Positions 57,753 to 64,000 of a DNA stretch of 64,000 nucleotides are shown here, in pieces. The position numbers were made by a program, and so were the translations under genes. Under the pieces are notes generated by a model. The model worked only from the letters and a program-made list of their open reading frames with translations. It was not told the origin of the DNA and did no database searches. The stretch comes from an uncultured delta proteobacterium. GTDB taxonomy: Bacteria > Desulfobacterota > Syntrophia > Syntrophales > Smithellaceae. Every line of letters starts with the position of its first letter. The first letter of the stretch is position 1. The stretch covers positions 78,614 to 142,613 of the forward strand of contig CAIVQG010000057.1 of NCBI GenBank assembly GCA_903907985.1, written 5' to 3'.

Positions 57753-58013
57753 AACAGTCTCGGGCATAGCGCTGGACAAGCTTCCTGTACTCGATAGGCT
57801 AGGAATGTTTCATGACATAGTAGATTTAGAACGCAAATGGTGATAGAAGAAGCCAATAGGCTCTAACGGTCCGCGCGGCTGACCTGCCAAGGTGCTCATC
57901 GCATACAAACACCTTGCCGACGTCGACCACAATGGTGGTGGCTCGTAAGAAGCCATTATCAAGTTTGCATCCGAAGTCGTTTACATATCCTAAGTTGAGG
58001 AAAGGCCTTTACC

Positions 58014-61004
58014 TTGCAGCGTTCTCTTGCGGATATCTATCTTGCTTATCGTCATGCAAAGGGAGCCTTATATTTTGAGCACCGTGGCATCGGACTTTTG
58101 GATTTGGCGTATTATGAGTCTGATCTTGATAGCAACCTCCGCAAACTGCAGGCACGCCTAGCTGAGAATGGGGGGTGGTTCACCGGCCTCCAGCTGGGTG
58201 AGCTCTGGGTCGCCCCAAAGCGGCTCCGCTGCGCACCCAGGTCAAATGGAGAAATTGTTCGTATCGGTGGAAGAAGCGCCGCGAAGGGTTTCGATACTCT
58301 CGACGTGCAGCTCCGCCTCACCCCCACGATCGAGTTCGCAATCGTTGAGGTGCTGTACCTTTGGCAATTCGGACCAGCACTGGAAAGCGTCTTGTCGCCA
58401 AGCGTTGTGGGATATCGCCTCGATTCTCGAAACGGGGAATTGTTAAAGTCACGTCGCTGGCTCTTCGAATACTGGCCAAAACGCTACCAAGAGTTTCGCA
58501 CCGCACCTATCGAGGCAGCGATCGGAGCCCTACAGCATCATAAAGAGCCAGTCGAGATTCTCAGCGCAGACCTCGCAAGCTTCTACGACACGATTGACGC
58601 TAGCTTCCTCGTGGAAGACGAGTTCGTGGCTGATTGCCTTCAAGCGAGCGGGGCTCTGGATACTGTTGCCTTTCTAACAGCAACCCAATCCCTTCTCGAA
58701 TCTCATCGCCAGTATCGAATTCAAGCAGAGCGCCGCACAGGCTTAGAATGGTCAATAGGGATACCTATTGGTGCGTTGACAAGTCGAGTTGTTGCAAACT
58801 TGGCTCTTGCCAGCCTTGACCGCGTCGTAGAAAATTTGAAAGATACCATATGCTATCGACGTTATGTAGATGACATCGTTGTCGTATATTTTACGGCAGC
58901 AGATGCGTCAGACGCGCTAACAGACTCAATTACTGCTGTGCTGCCTGTAGTCGACTCCACGAATGAACCCATTGCCTTAGACGTGCGTGCACTGAGACGA
59001 CCGAGGTGCCAGTTCAAGATCCAGAGCGAGAAAGTACAGGTTCACCGTGTGACTGGCGTGCAAGGTACAAGCTTTCTCCAGTCGATCAGAGATGATTTTT
59101 GTCAGCTTGTGAGCGAGCGCAGGGCATTTCTCGATACCTCTCTGTTTCTGGAGGAAAAAGCCCTGCAATTAGTGAGTGCTTGCAAGGTCGACGGCTCACC
59201 GCTAAGGGTTCTGAGGGACGCTGACCGGTTACATCTCAAACACTTTGCCCTGTCAACGACACTTGCGTCACTCGAACGTGCTTCTAGTCTTCTCGATCCC
59301 GACGCCGCGATTGCAATTGCACAGCAAACACAGGATCATATTGGCCGCGTGCTTGATGGTGAGGAGGACTGGGTTGAGAATCTCGACCTGACATTTCGGT
59401 TGCTGCGACTTTCACTTGCTACTCAGGACTGGAAGTCTTTCGACCAACTGAATACGCGAATGGATCAAACTTGGGGCTCTATTGAGGCCCTGCAGAAGAC
59501 AGTAACCACTCTTAGCCACTCTGGTCGTCCAATAGATAGTAACCGTGCGTGGATTTCGCTTCGAAACTATTTACACGAAAAGCGGGTTGAGGCAATCATA
59601 TCCTCATTACCTCTCACCGACCTAAAAAGAAGAGCGCAGGGCCTCAATACTGGTATTCTAGTCCGGACTAGCCGTCTCGGGACTTTAGCATTATTTCGGC
59701 GGGCTCTCCTCCTCGCCGCATCTGACCTCCGAGCTCTTGACAGGGAAGATGACAAGATCGGAGAAAATCCATTTGATAGCGTCGATCACAACTGGCTAAA
59801 ACTGCCGCTGGTCGACGACCCTGATCTCTGCAGCCGGTTTGATACAATCGAATCGTTCGTCACGGAGTGCTCACAGCTTGGTGACAAGCCTTGGGCGATC
59901 GCTCCCGCGCGCCTTTTCCTGTGCACCAGGCCACCATCCTACTTCGACATTGCTCGGCGTCTCCTGTACCACGTAGAAAAGAATGGTTTCGCCTTAGATG
60001 GGTTCGAGAAGCTCCTTCGAGTCGTCAACGCAGTGAGAGGCACCCAGTACCGGGACCCGCTTGGCAAGGTTATTGACGATGTAACCGTGAGATTTCCTTA
60101 TAATGAGAAGATTACTGATCTGCCATCTGATCCTCGCCTCATTATTGGCAATTTGGTCGTTCCGGAAAAACCATACTGGGATGGAGCCGCAACTAGAGTT
60201 GAAGGCTCAGAGAATGGACGGCCAGTATTGGACTGGCCTCGGTTGCGCGGTCTTGCAACGGTGGTCACTAAAGCCACAAGAATTGCCAAAGCCCCAGCAG
60301 GTGGAAGAGCCAGGCCATCCTTACTGGTTTTGCCCGAACTATCGGTACCCCGACCCTGGTTTCGGACCCTTGCGAACCATATCGTCCGGTTTGGTGGAAT
60401 CGGACTTGTTGTTGGACTCGAGTACCGGCACCACACCACCAGACCTCTTGTTTACAATCAAGTTTTTGCCGTCATCCCCGGCCCATTCTTCTCTGTAGTA
60501 ACTTGGCCATGGACGAAACGTCTTCCTTCCAGGGAAGAAGCGAACGCGCTTCTCAAAAGCACCCCCCCGCTACGCTTTCCGACTCCACCGACTCCACTTC
60601 ATCCACGCGTAGTGGTGCATTCCACGTACGGCAAATTCTCAGTTCTTATCTGCAGCGAACTCCTCGAAGCTAGGCGTGTGGCTGACCTACTGGGGCGTGT
60701 GGAGCTTGTGCTCTCACCATCCTGGAATAAGGATACTTTTTCGTATGACCATCTCATCCAGTCCGTGGGTCTTCAGCTACACTGCATTGTGGGCATTGCG
60801 AACAACGGACAATATTCAGACTGCAGAGTCTGGGCACCAAAAGAAGAGCGCTACCAGCGCGACATGTGCCGCCTCATTGAGCGCGGCACAAATGATGTTG
60901 TAAGCGTCGAGCTTCCCCTCGCTGAACTACGAAGGATTCATCTCGGCAGGTCACAGAATGGTGATGAAAAGTGGCGACCGCTTCCGCCTGACTGGCCCTC
61001 CTAA
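58014..61004 (+). CDS. Reverse transcriptase fused to a nitrilase-superfamily (C-N hydrolase) domain; DRT/UG-class defence RT
   Basis: 996 aa. RT motif A is ILSADLASFYD, the B-like motif is IGIPIGALTSRVVANLAL, and motif C YVDD lies at 58863-58874. A helical middle follows, then LLVLPE (E775) and VLICSE (C880, 60651-60653). TTG start; the block is GC-rich. Confidence 0.8.
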   Translation: MQRSLADIYLAYRHAKGALYFEHRGIGLLDLAYYESDLDSNLRKLQARLAENGGWFTGLQLGELWVAPKRLRCAPRSNGEIVRIGGRSAAKGFDTLDVQLRLTPTIEFAIVEVLYLWQFGPALESVLSPSVVGYRLDSRNGELLKSRRWLFEYWPKRYQEFRTAPIEAAIGALQHHKEPVEILSADLASFYDTIDASFLVEDEFVADCLQASGALDTVAFLTATQSLLESHRQYRIQAERRTGLEWSIGIPIGALTSRVVANLALASLDRVVENLKDTICYRRYVDDIVVVYFTAADASDALTDSITAVLPVVDSTNEPIALDVRALRRPRCQFKIQSEKVQVHRVTGVQGTSFLQSIRDDFCQLVSERRAFLDTSLFLEEKALQLVSACKVDGSPLRVLRDADRLHLKHFALSTTLASLERASSLLDPDAAIAIAQQTQDHIGRVLDGEEDWVENLDLTFRLLRLSLATQDWKSFDQLNTRMDQTWGSIEALQKTVTTLSHSGRPIDSNRAWISLRNYLHEKRVEAIISSLPLTDLKRRAQGLNTGILVRTSRLGTLALFRRALLLAASDLRALDREDDKIGENPFDSVDHNWLKLPLVDDPDLCSRFDTIESFVTECSQLGDKPWAIAPARLFLCTRPPSYFDIARRLLYHVEKNGFALDGFEKLLRVVNAVRGTQYRDPLGKVIDDVTVRFPYNEKITDLPSDPRLIIGNLVVPEKPYWDGAATRVEGSENGRPVLDWPRLRGLATVVTKATRIAKAPAGGRARPSLLVLPELSVPRPWFRTLANHIVRFGGIGLVVGLEYRHHTTRPLVYNQVFAVIPGPFFSVVTWPWTKRLPSREEANALLKSTPPLRFPTPPTPLHPRVVVHSTYGKFSVLICSELLEARRVADLLGRVELVLSPSWNKDTFSYDHLIQSVGLQLHCIVGIANNGQYSDCRVWAPKEERYQRDMCRLIERGTNDVVSVELPLAELRRIHLGRSQNGDEKWRPLPPDWPS

Positions 61005-61449
61005 GGCCTAGCGCTGCCCAACCAGATGTAAAACCGATATCTGAGCAGTTACGCGTCACTTGATTTAAAATCATAATTCTCAATAGTTCATTGAGTACCC
61101 TATCCTTGACTCGTAGGTGTACTCGTCGTTTCCGCTGATTCAGCGATTTTGAAATATCTGTGATCGGAATTTTTATTTGTTGCTTCCTTGTTATCAAGCA
61201 TCTAATGATTTTGATAGGCATCCATCCTTACAAGTGATAATCATCAGTAAATGCGAGAAGAAAGTCTTTGTTTATAGTAGATATTCTATCTTAATAGTGA
61301 TACTAAAAAAACATTGTAAAATGTAATCCACATAAAAGTTTCTAAACATTTAAACCTGCGTAATGTTATTATGAGATGATGATTGACAAAAAAGTCTTGG
61401 AATAAATTATTTTCTATCTTCAATTGATGCTTAATCGGAGAAATACAGT

Positions 61450-64000
61450 ATGTCATCTGATCTAACCTTTCTTACGAATGAGTCCGGGAAAAGTCTAAAA
61501 GAACGTTTTTCTGACATCCTCAAGACTGACGCGCGTTTTTTTGACTGTCTGGTCGGCTACTTTTTCATCAGTGGTTTTTACAAGCTCTACCCGGCGCTGG
61601 AGAACGTCGAGAAGGTTCGCATTCTTGTCGGCCTGCACACAGATCGCCCGGCGTATGAGCTTCTGCAAAAAGCGGGAGAGCAGGGCGAGTTGCCGTTGCA
61701 GTCCCATGCGACGGTCATCGAGAAAATTCCAGACAATGTGCTCAAGGAATTTGAGAATTCCGACGACAGCGAAGTGATCGAAACGGGTGTCCACAAATTT
61801 GTTGAGTGGGTTCGTTCCGGCAAGCTGGAGATCAAAGCCTACCCCGGAGAAAAACTTCATGCCAAGGTCTATATCATGACCTTCAACGAGGGGTTTATGG
61901 ACAAAGGCCGGGTAATCACAGGTTCAAGCAACCTTACCCAATCTGGCCTGCAGGACAACCTCGAGTTCAACGTCGAGTTGAAAAGCCGTGCTGATTATGA
62001 TTTTGCCATCGCCAAGTTCAAAGAACTTTGGGCTGTGGCCGTTGATGTCTCCCAGCCTTATGAAGACACCATCGTCAACCGGTCGCCCTTCGCTCATTTT
62101 ACACCTTATGAACTTTACCTGAAATTCCTGTACGAATATTTCCGGGGCGAGCTAAACCGTCCGGATCAACTTGAAGACATCTACGTTCCCGATGGGTTCA
62201 AAAGATTGAAGTATCAAGAGGAGGCCGTTCTGAGCGCACGCAAAGTTCTCCAGGAATACGGTGGGCTGTTTTTATCCGATGTTGTCGGCCTCGGCAAAAC
62301 CTACATGGCAGCATTGCTTGCCCAGCAACTGGATGGCCGGTCGCTGGTGATCGCACCGCCTAACTTGCTGGATAAGAACAATCGCGGATCGTGGCCTAAC
62401 GTTTTCGGGGATTTCCGTGTGCCGCATACCGATTTTGAATCCAGCGGGAAATTGGAAGATCTCTTGGCACGTGACTTATCCAAGTATTCCAATGTTTTCA
62501 TCGACGAATCCCATCGCTTTCGCACAGAGACGAATCAGACTTATGAGATGCTAGCGCAGATCTGTCGCGGCAAACGGGTGATCCTGGTCTCGGCAACGCC
62601 GCTGAATAATACCCCACGGGACATTCTCAGCCAAGTCAAACTTTTTCAGAACGGAAAGAACAGCACCATTCCCAACGTCCGTAACCTTGAAGCCTTCTTC
62701 ACCCGAATTGAGAAACGTCTTAATGGTCTTGACAGACAGACCGAACGGGAACAATATTTTGCGACCGTCCAGGCCAATGCGAAGGAGACGCGAGAGCAAA
62801 TCCTCAAATATTTGATGATTCGGAGAACACGAAAAGAAATCATGAAATACTACGGGGAAGACCTGACACTACAAGGTCTTAAATTTCCCGATGTCACAGA
62901 CCCCCAGCCCCTATACTATAAGTTCAACAAGACGGAAAACGACATCTTTATTGAAACAGTCCGCCTGATAACAAAAGATTTCACATACGCCCGGTACAAG
63001 CCTTTGGCCTATTACGAGGGTAAACGCGAGAATCGCGAGGTGCAGAGTCAGCAAAACCTTGCGAAGTTTATGAAGATACTTCTTATCAAACGCCTGGAGA
63101 GTAGCTTCCACGCATTCCGCCTAAGCCTTGAACGCTTTATCATATCCTATGATCGCTTCATTAAAGAATTTGATAATGGTAACGTTTACATCAGCAAAAA
63201 GCACATCAATAAAATCTTTGAACTGCTGGAAACTGACAACCAGGAAGCCATTGATCGTCTGCTCGATACGGACAGGGCCGAACGGCTGAACGCGAAAGAA
63301 TTTAATGCAGATTTTCTCCGTGACCTCGAAGCTGATCGCGTGATCCTGAAAAATATTGAAACCCTTTGGAAGCAGATCAAACGCGATCCCAAGTGGGAGG
63401 CATTTTCAGAGGTTCTCCGAAAAGACAGCATTCTCAAGAAGGGCAAAGTAATTATATTCACCGAATCCAAAGAGACAGCGGAATATCTCCATCAACGGAT
63501 CACCGATGATATTGATCGGAAGGTATTGCTTTTCACCGGCAGCTCCACTGATGCTGAACGCAAGGAGGTCATTGCCAATTTCGATGCCCGCGCCTTTCAA
63601 CCTCAGGACAAATACCGGATACTGGTCACCACGGAAGTGCTTTCTGAAGGCGTCAACCTGCACCGCTCCAATATCGTGGTCAATTACGATATCCCATGGA
63701 ATCCGACCCGCCTCATTCAGCGCGTTGGTCGTGTCAACCGGGTGGATACCGCATTCGACACCATTCACACCTACAACTTTTTCCCGACAGAAGAGAGCAA
63801 CGATCTGATCAAGCTCAAGGAAGCAGCCGAGGCCAAGATACACGCCTTCATCGAGATGCTCGGTGCCGATGCACGTCTGCTGACGGAAGGCGAAGAAATA
63901 AAATCACATGACCTCTTTGCTAAATTGATTTCAAAGAAAACGATCACGGGCGAAGAGGAAGACGAAGAAAGCGAACTGGAATATCTCACCGAAATCCGGG
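61450..64000 (+). CDS. PLD-family nuclease / SNF2-family helicase fusion (3' end outside the window)
   Basis: Hand-translated open frame from the ATG at 61450 to the window end. It contains a single HKD motif LHAKVYI (H at 61858) with GSSNLT (61921-61938), helicase motif I GLGKT (62287-62301), motif II DESH (62503-62514), SATPLNN, and motif VI QRVGRVNR. Confidence 0.8.
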   Translation, partial: MSSDLTFLTNESGKSLKERFSDILKTDARFFDCLVGYFFISGFYKLYPALENVEKVRILVGLHTDRPAYELLQKAGEQGELPLQSHATVIEKIPDNVLKEFENSDDSEVIETGVHKFVEWVRSGKLEIKAYPGEKLHAKVYIMTFNEGFMDKGRVITGSSNLTQSGLQDNLEFNVELKSRADYDFAIAKFKELWAVAVDVSQPYEDTIVNRSPFAHFTPYELYLKFLYEYFRGELNRPDQLEDIYVPDGFKRLKYQEEAVLSARKVLQEYGGLFLSDVVGLGKTYMAALLAQQLDGRSLVIAPPNLLDKNNRGSWPNVFGDFRVPHTDFESSGKLEDLLARDLSKYSNVFIDESHRFRTETNQTYEMLAQICRGKRVILVSATPLNNTPRDILSQVKLFQNGKNSTIPNVRNLEAFFTRIEKRLNGLDRQTEREQYFATVQANAKETREQILKYLMIRRTRKEIMKYYGEDLTLQGLKFPDVTDPQPLYYKFNKTENDIFIETVRLITKDFTYARYKPLAYYEGKRENREVQSQQNLAKFMKILLIKRLESSFHAFRLSLERFIISYDRFIKEFDNGNVYISKKHINKIFELLETDNQEAIDRLLDTDRAERLNAKEFNADFLRDLEADRVILKNIETLWKQIKRDPKWEAFSEVLRKDSILKKGKVIIFTESKETAEYLHQRITDDIDRKVLLFTGSSTDAERKEVIANFDARAFQPQDKYRILVTTEVLSEGVNLHRSNIVVNYDIPWNPTRLIQRVGRVNRVDTAFDTIHTYNFFPTEESNDLIKLKEAAEAKIHAFIEMLGADARLLTEGEEIKSHDLFAKLISKKTITGEEEDEESELEYLTEIR

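Noticed and set aside
58112-60498. Alternative-frame and antisense ORFs inside the RT-nitrilase gene (for example 60098-60439 on the minus strand and 60103-60498 on the plus strand).
   Set aside because: GC-rich DNA gives long spurious frames, and the RT frame carries the ordered catalytic motifs.
60874-61221. A 115-aa minus-strand ORF spanning the RT 3' end and the AT-rich spacer.
   Set aside because: It is antisense to the RT C-terminus, has no RBS, and shows the composition of non-coding spacer.
61495-63989. Numerous 60-145-aa ORFs on both strands between 61.5 and 64 kb (for example 63406-63843 on the minus strand).
   Set aside because: All overlap the long open PLD-SNF2 reading frame, which carries ordered helicase motifs. 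They are shadow ORFs.

Overview
The window has three parts.

(1) 1-17.4 kb is chromosomal DNA with the gene content of an anaerobe; Desulfobacterota/Syntrophia-like is a low-confidence guess. It carries a minus-strand ArsR-headed arsenic/thiol-redox operon (arsR, small Trx, COG0701 permease, DGC protein, Trx, ccdA, arsC, acr3). It also carries a tungsten-type aldehyde:ferredoxin oxidoreductase and a MarR-family regulator translationally abutting the mercury-methylation pair hgcA-hgcB, followed by two uncharacterised genes. Then come small housekeeping/accessory genes, serC-serA-purA and tRNA-Lys(UUU).

(2) About 17.4-57.1 kb is the late half of a prophage lying directly 3' of the tRNA. Almost all of it is on the minus strand: Zn-ribbon, terS, terL, portal, scaffold, capsid, many tail/fibre proteins, a ~3460-aa polyvalent virion protein, then holin/endolysin. 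An AT-rich plus-strand moron module (19.3-22.4 kb) interrupts it. No integrase, repressor or replication genes are visible, so the right boundary is unresolved.

(3) 57.1-64 kb is a plus-strand block. It holds a strong promoter region, a 49-aa ORF, an IHF-beta-like gene, and a GC-rich islet encoding a 996-aa reverse transcriptase fused to a nitrilase-superfamily domain (DRT/UG-class) behind a 260-nt ORF-free leader. A PLD-nuclease/SNF2-helicase fusion follows and runs off the window.

The most interesting items are:
- the RT-nitrilase islet and its leader;
- the giant polyvalent protein;
- an in-frame UGA followed by a SECIS-like hairpin in a tail gene;
- a two-copy conserved RNA-like element ahead of late genes;
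- the hgcAB locus with a Cys-pair MarR regulator, whose palindromic operator recurs (20/22 nt) inside the prophage.

All motif coordinates were derived by hand from the sequence and anchored on the ORF track. No database search was run.
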